Position numbers and translations under genes: made by a program | Shown: piece by piece, positions 39,540 through 50,926 of the stretch | How the letters are laid out: every line of letters begins with the position of its first letter | Position numbering within the stretch: the first letter of the stretch is position 1 | Assembly: GCA_963729625.1 (NCBI GenBank) | Contig: CAVSOU010000010.1 | Location: forward strand, 448,001 to 512,000 | DNA from: an uncultured bacterium | Lineage (GTDB): Bacteria > Chloroflexota > UBA5177 > JANWHV01 | DNA: 64,000 bases | Reading direction: 5' to 3' | Notes under the pieces: model-generated | Database searches by the model: none | Told to the model about the DNA's origin: nothing | The model's input: the letters and a program-made list of their open reading frames with translations, nothing else

Positions 39540-41366
39540 GTGGACGACGGCAGTTCTCTCCTTCCATTGGCGCCGAAGGCCCCGACCGATTCCCTGAGCG
39601 AAGGCGACCGGGCTTCGCTGTATCGCGCTTACCGGTCGCTGACCTTTGCCGAAGTCGTTGGCCAGCGCCATGTCACGCAAACCCTGCGTAACGCGGTCCG
39701 GTACGGCAAGGTTGCGCATGCCTACCTCTTCACAGGCCCGCGGGGGACGGGCAAGACGAGCACCGCGCGGATCCTCGCGCGGGCGGTGAACTGCCTCAAC
39801 CCGCAAGACGGTGAACCGTGCAACGCCTGCACGATCTGCGTGAGCATGTTGCAGCGGCGTTCTCTGGACCTGGTCGAGATCGACGGAGCGTCGAACAACA
39901 GCGTTGAGGACGTGCGCGAGCTGCGTGAGCGCGTGAACCTGCGACCGGCCGAAGGCCGCCGCAAGGTCTTCATTATCGACGAGGTCCACATGCTCTCGAT
40001 TGGGGCATTCAACGCGCTGCTGAAGACGCTGGAAGAGCCGCCAGACCACATCCTCTTCGCGCTGGCGACAACAGAGCTCCATAAGGTGCCCGCCACGGTT
40101 CGATCGCGTTGTCAGCTGCTCGAGCTACATCCAATTTCGGCCGGTGATATGGCTGAACGTGTGCGCTATGTATGCGCAAGCGAGCGCATCGAGGCAACCG
40201 ATGACGTGATTCAGTTCATTACTGCGCAGAGCACGGGCAGCCTGCGCGATGCGCTGAGCCTGCTCGAGCAAATCCGTTCGTTCTGTGGCGATACGCTCGT
40301 TCTCTCCGAGGTTGAAGCCGCACTCGGCGTTGCCCGGAACACGCAGGTGGTCACCCTCGCCGGCGCCATGGCCGAAGGCGACCTCGCCAGTGCGCTGCTG
40401 ATCGCCGGAGACCTGATGGATAGTGGCGTGGATCCTCGGCAGCTGACCAGGCAGCTCGCCGGCTACTGGCGTGAAGCGCTTGTAGCCAGAGCGCGGCAGA
40501 AGCCGATCGATGAACCGAGCGTAGCACAATGCCGTGCTGAACAGATCGTGCCAGTCCTGTATACGCTCATGAGCGTGGAAACCGGTGCTCGACGCTCAGA
40601 TTCGCCCCGCTGGGCTCTCGAGACGGCGATCGCGGAAGCGACCCTCAGGTTTGGCGGCCGGTCGGGCTCACGCCGGAGCGAGCTTCTCCAAGCTGTCGAG
40701 GGCGAGCCACGGGAAACCGCAGACCCTTCGCGCGGGCACGCACCCCAGGAAGCGTCGCTGCCCGTTAGCCCAAGCGACCGGCGCCCGCGGCGGCCCGAGT
40801 CGGGCGCCGGCGCGGAACCTGCTGATCTGGCGACACAGGCCGGTATCGACGCCTCGGCCGGCCAGACCAGCATCGTGGCGCTTCCAGAACAAGAGCCGCG
40901 AGTGCACCAGGCTCTCGCTCCGTCCTCCGCCGCTGAACCGCCCGAACATCGTCCGACTGAAGTGAAGGACGCCGCAGAGGCGGGCCTGGCGCAGCCCGAG
41001 GGTGTTGCAGCGGAGCCTCGGACGCGCTGGCCGATGATATTGCGCCGCCTGCGCGAGAACAACAAGCAGCCAGTTCACGCTCTCCTGCAGAAGGTGGTTG
41101 TCGATTATATTCGGGCCGATGGCCAGGTCCTGGCTCTGCCGTTCCGGCCAGCCGATTCATTCATTCGGTCGCGATTGGAGACGACTGCGAACAGACGGAC
41201 TCTTGAAGAGGCGATCAGTGAGGTCCTTGGTGGCAAGTGGAGCGTGCGCTGTGTTACGATCGAGGAACCAGCCGGCCGGCGGACAGGCCTCGCCGACCTC
41301 GAGTACCTCGAGCAGATCGCTGCCGAAGCGAAAGCTCTGGGTGGCGAGCGCGAAGACGACATCTAG
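39540..41366 (+). CDS. dnaX: DNA polymerase III subunit gamma/tau
   Basis: HAYLFTGPRGTGKTS, Zn finger, IIDEVHML, AFNALLKTLEEPP, SRC, GSLRDALS. Confidence 0.96.
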   Translation: MDDGSSLLPLAPKAPTDSLSEGDRASLYRAYRSLTFAEVVGQRHVTQTLRNAVRYGKVAHAYLFTGPRGTGKTSTARILARAVNCLNPQDGEPCNACTICVSMLQRRSLDLVEIDGASNNSVEDVRELRERVNLRPAEGRRKVFIIDEVHMLSIGAFNALLKTLEEPPDHILFALATTELHKVPATVRSRCQLLELHPISAGDMAERVRYVCASERIEATDDVIQFITAQSTGSLRDALSLLEQIRSFCGDTLVLSEVEAALGVARNTQVVTLAGAMAEGDLASALLIAGDLMDSGVDPRQLTRQLAGYWREALVARARQKPIDEPSVAQCRAEQIVPVLYTLMSVETGARRSDSPRWALETAIAEATLRFGGRSGSRRSELLQAVEGEPRETADPSRGHAPQEASLPVSPSDRRPRRPESGAGAEPADLATQAGIDASAGQTSIVALPEQEPRVHQALAPSSAAEPPEHRPTEVKDAAEAGLAQPEGVAAEPRTRWPMILRRLRENNKQPVHALLQKVVVDYIRADGQVLALPFRPADSFIRSRLETTANRRTLEEAISEVLGGKWSVRCVTIEEPAGRRTGLADLEYLEQIAAEAKALGGEREDDI

Positions 41367-41397
41367 CGGCGCGGGTTAAGAGAAGAGGGGTAGGCTC

Positions 41398-41715
41398 ATG
41401 GGCTTCGATCAACGTGCAATGCGGGACATGATGCGCCAGGCCCAGCAAATGCAGGCCCAAATGGAAAAGGCCCAGCACGCGCTATCCGAAGAAATCGTTG
41501 AAGGCTCGTCCGGCGGCGGCGCGGTAACTGCCACGATCACTGGCCAGCTCGAACTGAAGACTCTGACGATTAGCAAAGACGTCGTCGATCCTGAAGACGT
41601 CGAAATGCTTCAAGATCTCGTCCTTGCCGCGGTCACCGATGCGCTGGAGAAGGCGAAGGCCCGCCAGGCCGAAAAGCTCGGAGCAATCACAGGCGGTCTC
41701 AATCTGCCATTTTGA
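41398..41715 (+). CDS. ybaB: YbaB/EbfC nucleoid-associated protein
   Basis: QAQQMQ, GSSGGGAV, DPEDVEMLQDLV; sits between dnaX and recR. Confidence 0.95.
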   Translation: MGFDQRAMRDMMRQAQQMQAQMEKAQHALSEEIVEGSSGGGAVTATITGQLELKTLTISKDVVDPEDVEMLQDLVLAAVTDALEKAKARQAEKLGAITGGLNLPF

Positions 41716-41886
41716 CCGGCCTCGGGCACGTGCGGGCTCGCGTGCAACGGTCCTGATCGCCGGGAGCCAGCTTGGCGACCTCGCACAATCTGACTCGTTG
41801 GCATGCCATAGGTATGGAGACCCGCGCAGTATGGGCCGCCCTTCCGACAGATTCAGTGCGCGTTTCCCTTATAAGGACTTGAGAGG

Positions 41887-42513
41887 ATGTACAACTCGCA
41901 ACCGGGCACTGCTTCCGTAGCGGAGCCGGTGGCTCATTTGATCGATGAGCTTGGCAAGCTTCCGGGCGTGGGACCGAAGACGGCCCAGCGGCTTGCGTAC
42001 TTCATTCTGCGCGAGCCGGTCGACGAAGCGCGTCTGCTTGCCGATGCGATCCTTCAGGTCAAGGAGCGCATCGTCTATTGCAGTATCTGCTGGAATCTGA
42101 CAGAAATGGACCCATGCGCACTTTGCTCCGACTCCGGCCGAGAAGGAGGGAGCGTTTGCGTGGTGGAGCAACCCCTTGACATCGTGGCATTGGAGCGAAC
42201 TCTCAGTTATCGTGGCCGCTACCATGTGCTGCACGGCGCAATCTCGCCGATGGATGGCATCGGTCCGGGCGAGCTCAAGATCGAGCAGCTTGTGTCCAGA
42301 GTCGCAGCAGGCGAGATAGAGGAAGTGATCCTTGCCACCAATCCGTCGATGGAAGGAGACGCCACCGCTCTGTACATACTGCGTCGGCTTGCATCGTTGC
42401 CGAGGCGTGTGCGGGTGACTCGCCCGGCGCGAGGCCTGCCGATGGGTGGCGATCTCGAGTTTGCGGACGAACACACGCTGAGACAGGCGATCGAAGGACG
42501 GCGCGAGTTCTAG
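41887..42513 (+). CDS. recR: Recombination mediator RecR
   Basis: LPGVGPKTAQRLA, C4 Zn finger, YHVLHGAISP, ATNPSMEG. Confidence 0.97.
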   Translation: MYNSQPGTASVAEPVAHLIDELGKLPGVGPKTAQRLAYFILREPVDEARLLADAILQVKERIVYCSICWNLTEMDPCALCSDSGREGGSVCVVEQPLDIVALERTLSYRGRYHVLHGAISPMDGIGPGELKIEQLVSRVAAGEIEEVILATNPSMEGDATALYILRRLASLPRRVRVTRPARGLPMGGDLEFADEHTLRQAIEGRREF

Positions 42514-42663
42514 CACGCTGCACCGCGGTGCCAAGCCTAGCCTGAACGTATCAGCCAGGCCGCCATCGAGGTCCGCTTTGCCTCCGCGAAATGCCGACCG
42601 CGCGTAGAATAGCTCGCCACTCCGAACGTTCCGTTGTTTCGAACTGGCATCTACATTTGCGGG

Positions 42664-42672
42664 TGGTATACT
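42664..42672 (+). promoter_or_regulatory. Extended -10 promoter of rpsA (TGGTATACT)
   Basis: TGn+TATACT about 95 nt upstream of the start codon. Confidence 0.55.
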
Positions 42673-42767
42673 GAGACATGCAATGACCGTACCAAGGGAT
42701 CGGTGTACCCAAATCCTGGGTGCTGTGGTTCAACTGGCCGGCGTTGACACTACACCACCAGGAGCAG

Positions 42768-44153
42768 ATGTTGATCGAAGAGCAGTCAACCCTACCTCAG
42801 GAACCTGAGGAGACAGTAGCAACGGCCGCCTCCGACGTTGAGCCGGCATCCACCGAGCAAGAAGCGGGCAGCAAAGTCACTCGTGCAGGTGCCGAGCTCA
42901 AGGGTTCGGTGCGCCCGGCGGCGAACGTACCGGCATTGCCGCAGGACGAGAGCGAAGACACTATGGAGTCGCTGCTCGACCACCCGTCAAATGCACTGCG
43001 CACGCTTCAACGAGGCGAGGTTGTCGACGGTATCGTGGCGCGCATCGACCCTGATGAGATTCTTGTGGACATTGGTCTCAAGTCTGAGGGCGTCATCAAT
43101 GGGCGCGAGATGGATAACGAAGTTACCGAGCAGTTGCACATCGGTTCAAACGTGCTTGTGTACGTTATGCAGCCGGAAGGTCCCGAAGGGCATGCCATAC
43201 TGTCCATCAGGCGCGCTCGCATGGAGAAATCCTGGCGGGCTGCCGAAGAGCTCTATCAGGACGACCGTGTGATCGAAGCCGAGGTAATTGACTTCAATAA
43301 GGGCGGCTTGATCGTCGATTTGGGAGTGCGGGGCTTCGTGCCGATTTCGCAGATTCCCGAGCTTCGCGGCCTGTCGAAGGGTCAAGAGGGCGAGCCATCG
43401 GAAGTCATCGATCGTTTGGCACAGATGAAGGGTCGCGTACTCAAGCTCAAGATCATTGAGCTGAACCGAAATCGAAACCGTCTGATCCTGTCGGAGCGCT
43501 TGGCCCTCCAAGAACAGCGGAGTCATCGAAAAGACGAGTTGTTGGCCGAGCTGCTCCCCGGCCAGGTGCGGCGCGGGCGGGTCACGAGCTTGGCCAGCTT
43601 CGGGGCGTTCGTCGATCTCGGCGGCGCCGACGGACTCGTGCATATCTCGCAGCTGTCCTACAGTCGCGTGAATCACCCCAGCGAAGTCCTTTCGGTGGGC
43701 GATGAGATCGAGGTATTCGTGCTCAGTATCGATCCCGATACCAAGAAGATCGCGTTGAGCCTCAAGAAGGCACAGCCCGATCCGTGGTCGCGTGTCGATC
43801 AGAAATACCATGTGGGCGACCTTGTTGAGGGCACGATTACGAAGTTAGCGAAGTTTGGGGCGTTCGCGAAGATTGACGATGGGATCGAGGGCCTCATTCA
43901 CCTCTCAGAGCTTTCCTCAGAGCCCGTAGAAAACGGGAAGGACGTGGTGAGCGAAGGTCAGCGCGTCACGCTTCGCGTCATCAACATCAACCCAACCCGT
44001 CGAAGGCTGGGTCTGAGCCTCAGGCAGGTTGACGAGATTTCGCCCGACCTTCAGGCAATCATGGAAGGGATAGCTTCCCCACCAGAGGACGATCTCCCCG
44101 AGGAGGGCCACTGGGAAGAGGAACCCCCGGAGAGCCCGACCCAAGAAGCGTAG
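42768..44153 (+). CDS. rpsA: 30S ribosomal protein S1 (4 S1 domains)
   Basis: VDIGLKSEG, GVRGFVPISQ, FGAFVDLGGADGLVHISQLS, FGAF..IEGLIHLSEL. Confidence 0.93.
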   Translation: MLIEEQSTLPQEPEETVATAASDVEPASTEQEAGSKVTRAGAELKGSVRPAANVPALPQDESEDTMESLLDHPSNALRTLQRGEVVDGIVARIDPDEILVDIGLKSEGVINGREMDNEVTEQLHIGSNVLVYVMQPEGPEGHAILSIRRARMEKSWRAAEELYQDDRVIEAEVIDFNKGGLIVDLGVRGFVPISQIPELRGLSKGQEGEPSEVIDRLAQMKGRVLKLKIIELNRNRNRLILSERLALQEQRSHRKDELLAELLPGQVRRGRVTSLASFGAFVDLGGADGLVHISQLSYSRVNHPSEVLSVGDEIEVFVLSIDPDTKKIALSLKKAQPDPWSRVDQKYHVGDLVEGTITKLAKFGAFAKIDDGIEGLIHLSELSSEPVENGKDVVSEGQRVTLRVININPTRRRLGLSLRQVDEISPDLQAIMEGIASPPEDDLPEEGHWEEEPPESPTQEA

Positions 44154-44162
44154 TTCGGTGAA

Positions 44163-44191
44163 GATGGGGCGCGAATCTACCGCGCCCCATC
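44163..44191 (+). terminator. Hairpin after rpsA
   Basis: GATGGGGCGCG-7 nt-CGCGCCCCATC, 11-bp stem, no clear U tract. Confidence 0.55.
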
Positions 44192-44231
44192 AGATTCACT
44201 GACAGGATCCAGCTACGGAAGAGAGCATGTC

Positions 44232-46733
44232 ATGAACGAACGGTTCGATAAGTTCACCGAGCGTGCACGCAAGGTGTTGACCCTGGCCCAAGAGGAAGCG
44301 ACTCGCTTCAACCATAACTACATCGGAACCGAGCACTTGCTGCTCGGATTGGTGCGCGAGGGTGAAGGTGTCGCGGCCAAGGTGCTCTTGAACCTTGGCG
44401 TGGAATTGAACAGGGTTCGGAGCGCCGTAGAGTTCATCATCGGCCGCGGCGACCGTCCGACGGTCGGGGAGATCGGACTGACTCCACGTGCGAAGAAAGT
44501 GATCGAGCTCGCGGTCGATGAAGCGCGTCGCCTCGGCCACCACTACATCGGAACCGAACATCTATTGCTCGGACTGGTGCGAGAAGGCGAAGGAATTGCC
44601 GCAGGTGTCCTCGAATCTCTGGGCGTCAACCTTGAGAAAGTGCGCACGCAGACCATCCAAGTGCTCTCACAGAGCAGCCCCACGTCGCATCACGAGCCGA
44701 AGCACGGCAGCAAGACCCCGACGATCGATCAGCTTGGCCTTGATATGACGGCCCAGGCGCGTGCTGGGAAGGTCGATCCGGTAATTGGCCGCGCCGTCGA
44801 AATCGAGCGCGTCATCCAGATCCTTAGCCGTCGGCTGAAGAATAACGCCGCGCTTGTCGGGGAGCCCGGTGTCGGCAAGACAGCTATCGTCGACGGTCTT
44901 GCGCAGCGAATCGTGAATGGTGAAGTGCCTGAGACGCTCGCGGGCAGGCGGCTGCTGACGCTGGACATCGGCTCGCTTGTCGCTGGCACGAAGTACCGTG
45001 GGGAGTTTGAGGAGCGCCTGAAGAAGATCATCGAAGAGATCAAGTCCGCCGGCGATTGCATTCTGTTTATCGACGAGCTGCATACTATCGTGGGAGCGGG
45101 CGCGGCTGAGGGCGCGGTGGATGCCGCGAACATCCTGAAACCGGCATTGGCGCGCGGTGACCTCCAGTGCATCGGTGCCACCACGCTCGACGAGTATCGC
45201 AAGTACATCGAACGGGATGCGGCCCTCGAGCGGCGCTTCCAAATGGTCACGGTAAACGAATCAACAGTGGATGAGACGATCCGCATACTGCATGGACTGC
45301 GACCCCGGTATGAGGCGCACCACCACTTGCAGATCAGCGACGAGGCGCTGCGCGCGGCTGCAGAGATGGCGGAACGCTACATCCCAGATCGATTCATGCC
45401 GGACAAGGCTATCGACCTCATGGACGAGGCCTCCGCTCGCGTGCGATTGCAGCGTACAGGCCAGCCGTTCTCGCTGAAGGAGGCGCTCCAGAACATCGAG
45501 CAGGTGCAGAGCGACAAGGAGCAGGCGATCAAGCTCCAGCAATATGAAGTCGCCGCCGACCTGCGAGACCGTGAGAAGCAGCTTCGCGACAAGATTGCCA
45601 ACCTGCAGTCAACCTGGCAGGACAAGGACCGGGACGGCCCGGCCGAGCGTAACCTTGTCGTCGGCGATGAGGACATCGCCGAAGTCGTCTCGATGTGGAC
45701 AGGCATTCCGGTCAGGCGCATCGCGCAGGAGGAGTCCGAGCGCTTGCTTCAAATGGAAAGCGCGCTGCATGGACGCGTCATTGGCCAGGACGAGGCGATT
45801 TCTACCATCGCCAAGGCTGTCCGGCGTGCACGTACCGGGTTGAAGGACCCCAAGCGCCCGATCGGTAGCTTCATCTTCCTTGGTCCGACCGGTGTCGGAA
45901 AGACTGAGCTGGCCAAGGCGCTGGCCGAGTTCATGTTCGGCAGCGAGGAAATGCTGATCAAGATCGACATGTCAGAATTCATGGAGCGGCACGCCGCTGC
46001 GCGGCTGACCGGAGCGCCACCGGGATACGTCGGCTATGAAGAGGGCGGCCAGTTGACCGAGGCGGTGCGGCGAAAATCGTATTCGGTGGTTCTGCTCGAC
46101 GAGGTTGAGAAAGCTCATCCGGATGTGTTCAACATCCTTCTTCAGATCCTCGAAGACGGCAAACTCACCGACGGGAAAGGGCGCGGCGTCGACTTCCGTA
46201 ACACCATTATCATCATGACGTCCAACGTGGGCGCGAGCCTGCTCAATCGCGAGGCGGCACTTGGGTTCCGCACCGCCAAGAGCGATGAGGACTCCAAGGC
46301 GCGAGAAGACAGGCACCACGAGGAGATGGTTCGCAAGATTACGAACGAGCTGAAGCAGACGTTCAAGCCTGAGTTCTTGAACCGCATCGACGCTACGATC
46401 GTATTCCATTCTCTGCGCCAGGATCAGATACGCGAGATAGTCGAGCTGATGCTGCGGCGCGTGCGAAGCCAGCTTATCGAGCAGGACATGACGCTGGAAG
46501 CGTCGGATCCCGCCAAGGATTTCCTGGTGGAGAAGGGGTACGACGCCGTCAACGGCGCCCGGCCTCTCCGGCGCGCAATCCAGAACTATATCGAAGATCC
46601 ACTTGCGGAGGGCTTGCTCCAGGGCAAGTTCCATTCAGGTGATAGTGTCAGCGTCGACATCGAGAACGGCGAGTTGACGTTGGTCGGCAAATCGAGAGAG
46701 CCGCAGCCGGGTGATGCAGTCTTCGCCGACTAA
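44232..46733 (+). CDS. clpC: ATP-dependent Clp protease ATPase ClpC
   Basis: Two Clp-N repeats, [11 protein letters not shown] middle domain, [11 protein letters not shown] ClpP-binding loop. Confidence 0.96.
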   Translation: MNERFDKFTERARKVLTLAQEEATRFNHNYIGTEHLLLGLVREGEGVAAKVLLNLGVELNRVRSAVEFIIGRGDRPTVGEIGLTPRAKKVIELAVDEARRLGHHYIGTEHLLLGLVREGEGIAAGVLESLGVNLEKVRTQTIQVLSQSSPTSHHEPKHGSKTPTIDQLGLDMTAQARAGKVDPVIGRAVEIERVIQILSRRLKNNAALVGEPGVGKTAIVDGLAQRIVNGEVPETLAGRRLLTLDIGSLVAGTKYRGEFEERLKKIIEEIKSAGDCILFIDELHTIVGAGAAEGAVDAANILKPALARGDLQCIGATTLDEYRKYIERDAALERRFQMVTVNESTVDETIRILHGLRPRYEAHHHLQISDEALRAAAEMAERYIPDRFMPDKAIDLMDEASARVRLQRTGQPFSLKEALQNIEQVQSDKEQAIKLQQYEVAADLRDREKQLRDKIANLQSTWQDKDRDGPAERNLVVGDEDIAEVVSMWTGIPVRRIAQEESERLLQMESALHGRVIGQDEAISTIAKAVRRARTGLKDPKRPIGSFIFLGPTGVGKTELAKALAEFMFGSEEMLIKIDMSEFMERHAAARLTGAPPGYVGYEEGGQLTEAVRRKSYSVVLLDEVEKAHPDVFNILLQILEDGKLTDGKGRGVDFRNTIIIMTSNVGASLLNREAALGFRTAKSDEDSKAREDRHHEEMVRKITNELKQTFKPEFLNRIDATIVFHSLRQDQIREIVELMLRRVRSQLIEQDMTLEASDPAKDFLVEKGYDAVNGARPLRRAIQNYIEDPLAEGLLQGKFHSGDSVSVDIENGELTLVGKSREPQPGDAVFAD

Positions 46734-46758
46734 TGAATGGCAGGATACGAGCAATGTA

Positions 46759-46788
46759 GCGAGGGGTGGTCGGTCGGCCGCCCCTCGC
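46759..46788 (+). terminator. Hairpin between clpC and radA
   Basis: GCGAGGGGTGGTC..GGCCGCCCCTCGC stem with G-U pairs. Confidence 0.45.
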
Positions 46789-46813
46789 CCCGTTGTGTGT
46801 GGGAGCATCTTCG

Positions 46814-48235
46814 ATGCCTAAGCGGCGAACGAGCTACGTATGCCAGCAGTGCGGTGGTCAGTTCCCCACGCAATACGGGCGTTGCCCAAACTGCTCGACC
46901 TGGAACTCGCTCGTCGAGACTATTGAGGAGGCATCCGCAGGCTCCGTGCCGGCGCGTCCCGCCCGAGCCGGTCTTTCCGCGCGCCCGGTCAGGCTTTCGA
47001 GGGTAGCAACAGACAGCTGGTCTCGAATGCGCGTGCCGATCGCGGAAGTCGACCGCGTGCTCGGTGGCGGAGTAGTTCCTGGATCGCTTGTCCTGCTCGC
47101 CGGCGATCCCGGCATAGGTAAGTCGACTCTCCTTCTACAGCTGTGCACGCAGTTGGCCGTACTGTCACGCGTGCTGTATGTGACCGGCGAAGAATCCGCG
47201 GAACAGGTTAAGATGAGGGCCGACAGACTTGGCACTGTTCCTGATGAGCTGTATATCCTGGCGGAAGTCAACGTTGACGCGGTGCTGCGCGCTGTCCAGG
47301 ATCTCAGCCCATCGCTGGTGGTTGTCGACTCAATTCAAACCATGCAAGTCGAGGAGATTGAATCTGCCGCCGGCAGCGTATCCCAGGTGCGCGAGAGTAC
47401 CGTACGCTTCATGCACATGGCCAAGACAACTCACACGCCTGTCGTCGTCGTCGGCCACGTGACAAAAGAGGGCGCCATCGCCGGGCCGCGCGTACTAGAG
47501 CATATCGTGGATACCGTGCTCTATCTGGAGGGCGAGCGATTCCACGCGTATCGTCTCCTCCGCAGTGTAAAGAATCGCTTCGGCTCGACCAATGAAGTCG
47601 GCGTGTTCGAGATGCGCGACGCGGGCATGGTCGAGGTTACCAATCCATCAGCGCTGTTCCTGGCCGAACGAGGCAAGGCGAGCCCCGGTTCGGCAGTTGT
47701 CGCCACGCTCGAAGGCACCAGACCGCTCCTCGCGGAGATCCAGGCACTTGTCAGCGCCACGACCTTCAGTCTGCCTCGAAGGACGTGCGCGGGCCTCGAT
47801 CTGAACCGGCTACACCTCATACTGGCAATCCTCGGTAAGCGCGCCGGCCTTCCGCTCCACACGTACGACGTGTACTGCAACGTCGCGGGAGGATTGCGCC
47901 TGGGCGAACCGGCCGCCGATCTGCCTCTTGCCCTGGCAATCGTCTCCAGCTACACCGATCATGCGGTGGCCGACGACCTGATTGCCTTCGGTGAACTGGG
48001 TCTATCAGGTGAGGTTCGGGGAGTCGGCAAGGCGGACGACAGGTTGGCAGAGGCGGCCAAACTCGGATTCACACGCTGTGTCCTGCCGGCTGCCAACCAT
48101 CGTGCGCTCCGAGCGCAGAGCGCAGCCAACATCGAGGTCATCCCAATCACTGAGCTGCGCGAGGCGCTGCGCGTCGTTCTCCCTGGGGCAAATCGGCAAC
48201 ACGCGCGAAACGGGGCCGCCGCGATGAGGGACTGA
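46814..48235 (+). CDS. radA: DNA repair protein RadA/Sms
   Basis: C4 Zn finger, GDPGIGKST, KNRFG, Lon-like C-terminal domain. Confidence 0.97.
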   Translation: MPKRRTSYVCQQCGGQFPTQYGRCPNCSTWNSLVETIEEASAGSVPARPARAGLSARPVRLSRVATDSWSRMRVPIAEVDRVLGGGVVPGSLVLLAGDPGIGKSTLLLQLCTQLAVLSRVLYVTGEESAEQVKMRADRLGTVPDELYILAEVNVDAVLRAVQDLSPSLVVVDSIQTMQVEEIESAAGSVSQVRESTVRFMHMAKTTHTPVVVVGHVTKEGAIAGPRVLEHIVDTVLYLEGERFHAYRLLRSVKNRFGSTNEVGVFEMRDAGMVEVTNPSALFLAERGKASPGSAVVATLEGTRPLLAEIQALVSATTFSLPRRTCAGLDLNRLHLILAILGKRAGLPLHTYDVYCNVAGGLRLGEPAADLPLALAIVSSYTDHAVADDLIAFGELGLSGEVRGVGKADDRLAEAAKLGFTRCVLPAANHRALRAQSAANIEVIPITELREALRVVLPGANRQHARNGAAAMRD

Positions 48236-48337
48236 TTGCCGCTAGTCGGCACGGATGGTCGCGCCACGCCTCAAAGTGCCTGGCACTGGCCGGCAGCGTG
48301 ACAATAGTCGTCAAGCATGCGGTCTGACTCGCCAGTC

Positions 48338-49447
48338 TCAGGCATTGGACCCCGTCATATCCGCTCGCGGCGAGGCGTCAGAGTCGCCCACAATGCCTGA
48401 CTGCGAGGGTGTCTCGAGTCCGGCTCCCTCGGTCCCATCCGACGGCGATGCGTCAGTCTCGACGGTAGACGCACCTGCCGGTATGGCACGGTCCGAAGCG
48501 ATAGGCTGTTCGGCAACCGGGCGCTCATCGGCGATTGCACGCGGCGGCAGGTCAGACGGATCCCCGGTGCCGGCAGCGGTATCCCCCGCAGAATCGTCTT
48601 TTGCGCGATCACGTGCTTCGACCGGCCTACGCGCGGCGTCGGAGGCCGTAGGCTCGTCCGTCGAAGCCGCGATGCGTTTTTCGGCGTCCTGACGAGCCCT
48701 CGTCTCCAGGGCAGCCTGCCGTCTCTCTCGCACCAGTGCGGCCCGCAAGCTCCCTAGCTCGCGAGCAAACCTTAGTGCCAGGCGAAACCGCTTCGTCTCT
48801 GGCTCAGCGGGCGCGCGTGGGTGGAATCGGACGCCCACTTCACGGATCTGAGCGCCCTTCTGGCTGGCTCGACAGAGCACTTCAGCATGTATGGCGCCAG
48901 TCGTACCCTCCAGCTCGAGTCCGCGCAGCAGGCTCACACGCATCAGCTTGAGCCCGCAGTTGACGTCCCGGTACTTCAGGCCGTACAGGATCCTTACGGT
49001 GACGCGATAAGCATAGCCGGCGAACCTCCGGGCCAGTGATGTCCCTTTCCCAGCTCGGAAACCGGCGACGATGTCGTACGCATCATCCCACTTCACCAGC
49101 CTTTCGAGATCGGACGGGCTATACTGGCGATCTGGGTCGACGAAGAACGCATACTGCTTGGTCGCCGCGGCGAGCCCCTCGCGCCAGGCCACCCCGTAAC
49201 CTCGGCGCTGAGCGAAGTGCAACACGCGAATCGCGGGATGGGTCGCGGCCATTTCCTCGGCAATACGCCGCGTCCCGTCGGTGCTTCCGTCATCTACGAC
49301 AATTACTTCAAACGACGGCACTACGTCGAGCAGAGCATCGAGTGTTTCAGCAACGACAGGCATGAGGTCTGCCGCGACATTGTGGGCAGGGAGCACAGCA
49401 GATATGCTGCGGATAGGAGCGCCTCGCGAGCGCGGCAAAGGGGTCAT
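48338..49447 (-). CDS. GT2 glycosyltransferase (DPM-like) with disordered acidic tail
   Basis: VLPAHN, VDDGSTDGT, RGYG, DPDRQY, RDVNCG. Confidence 0.85.
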   Translation of the reverse strand: MTPLPRSRGAPIRSISAVLPAHNVAADLMPVVAETLDALLDVVPSFEVIVVDDGSTDGTRRIAEEMAATHPAIRVLHFAQRRGYGVAWREGLAAATKQYAFFVDPDRQYSPSDLERLVKWDDAYDIVAGFRAGKGTSLARRFAGYAYRVTVRILYGLKYRDVNCGLKLMRVSLLRGLELEGTTGAIHAEVLCRASQKGAQIREVGVRFHPRAPAEPETKRFRLALRFARELGSLRAALVRERRQAALETRARQDAEKRIAASTDEPTASDAARRPVEARDRAKDDSAGDTAAGTGDPSDLPPRAIADERPVAEQPIASDRAIPAGASTVETDASPSDGTEGAGLETPSQSGIVGDSDASPRADMTGSNA

Positions 49448-49646
49448 CGCCGAGTGGTTCTTCGTTGCAAACCCATGGCCCTATTATCTGGCATCATCAT
49501 GAGCCGTGTCTATATCGAAACCAACGGGGAACTCGGATCCATCGACAGTTCGAATGAGCTAGACGGTCGAGAGCCTGGCTGGGTTGAGAAGTTGTAACGG
49601 ACGGACCCGCTTGCTGTCCCTAAGCACCTGAGAATCGCACTCAACG

Positions 49647-49675
49647 TTGACACCGGCCTGGCAGTTCGATACCAT
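49647..49675 (+). promoter_or_regulatory. sigma70 promoter of the tRNA pair (TTGACA-17-TACCAT)
   Basis: Consensus -35 and canonical spacing. Confidence 0.75.
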
Positions 49676-49702
49676 TGTTTGGCACGGAGGCGTCCATGCC
49701 TC

Positions 49703-49787
<85 letters not shown>

Positions 49788-49812
49788 GACAACCTGCCCA
49801 TCACTCGTATTC

Positions 49813-49902
<90 letters not shown>

Positions 49903-49954
49903 CCTCTGGCGCACAGCCAGCGCTAGGCTATGTCCAGAAAGGCCGGTCCAACAC

Positions 49955-50926
49955 CTACCCGCGCCAGGTAAGGAAGCCGCCAGCCCAGGTCAGGCCTGCA
50001 CCAAACCCGATGGCGAGCACCCGGTCACCGTCGCGCAGCTCACCGCGCTCCACGGCATCCGCCAATGCAAGCGGGATGCTGGCAGCGGACGTGTTGCCGT
50101 ATTCTTCGATATTGGACAGGACCCGGCGAGGGTCGATCGCCAACCGCTTCGCCGCAGCAACAATCATGCGCTGATTTGCCTGGTGAGGAACGAACCACTC
50201 GAGGTCGTCCATGCCAAGCTCCTCGGCCCGCATGATGCGTTCGGTCACGTCTACGAGCGTGCGCACGCCGAACTTAAACGTATCCGGCCCGTTCATCGAT
50301 ACGCCGCCTGGGATGTGGCCGCCAGGATCCGGTATCGCTGCGCTATACATTGTCAGCATGGATGCCGCGGAACCGTCCGAGCCAAGCTCAAAGCGCGGTA
50401 GTGCACCGGGCAAGGCCGATCTCGCCAGCACGACCGCCGCTGCTCCGTCGCCGAACAATATACACGTGCTGCGGTCCGTCCAATTGAGCACACGCGAGTA
50501 GATTTCGCTTCCAATGACCAGCACCGAACGAGCGGAGCCGATTCGAATCATGCTGTCGGCAATCGCGAGCGCGTAGACAAACCCCGAACACGCCGCCTCG
50601 AGGTCAAATGCGCCGCCGCGGGCGCCGACCGCATGTTGCACGACGCAGGCCGATGCGGGAAAGCCGTAGTCCGGCGTGCACGTTGCGACAATAGTCAGAT
50701 CGACAGCGGAACCGTCAAGGTCCGCCGAACGAAGTGCGCTGCGCGCTGCCGCCACCGCCAGGCTGGTCGTCGTCTCGTACGGCGCGGCAATGTGCCGCCG
50801 ATGAATGCCGGTGCGCGCATAGATCCACGCATCCGAGGTATCGACCGTGAGCGCAATCTCATCGTTCGTCATGACACGCTCGGGGACGAATTTGCCACAC
50901 CCGAGCAACGTTGAGCGATAGGTCAT
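49955..50926 (-). CDS. fabH: 3-oxoacyl-ACP synthase III
   Basis: AACSGF, LFGDGA, PHQAN, GNTSAASIP, GFGAGLTW. Confidence 0.95.
   Translation of the reverse strand: MTYRSTLLGCGKFVPERVMTNDEIALTVDTSDAWIYARTGIHRRHIAAPYETTTSLAVAAARSALRSADLDGSAVDLTIVATCTPDYGFPASACVVQHAVGARGGAFDLEAACSGFVYALAIADSMIRIGSARSVLVIGSEIYSRVLNWTDRSTCILFGDGAAAVVLARSALPGALPRFELGSDGSAASMLTMYSAAIPDPGGHIPGGVSMNGPDTFKFGVRTLVDVTERIMRAEELGMDDLEWFVPHQANQRMIVAAAKRLAIDPRRVLSNIEEYGNTSAASIPLALADAVERGELRDGDRVLAIGFGAGLTWAGGFLTWRG

Noticed and set aside
39540-41366. Programmed gamma/tau frameshift in dnaX
   Set aside because: No A AAA AAG slippery site or poly-A run seen.
42623-42645. GAAC/GTTC-rich stretch upstream of rpsA as a LexA box
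   Set aside because: Spacing does not fit GAAC-N4-GTTC, and rpsA is not an expected SOS target.
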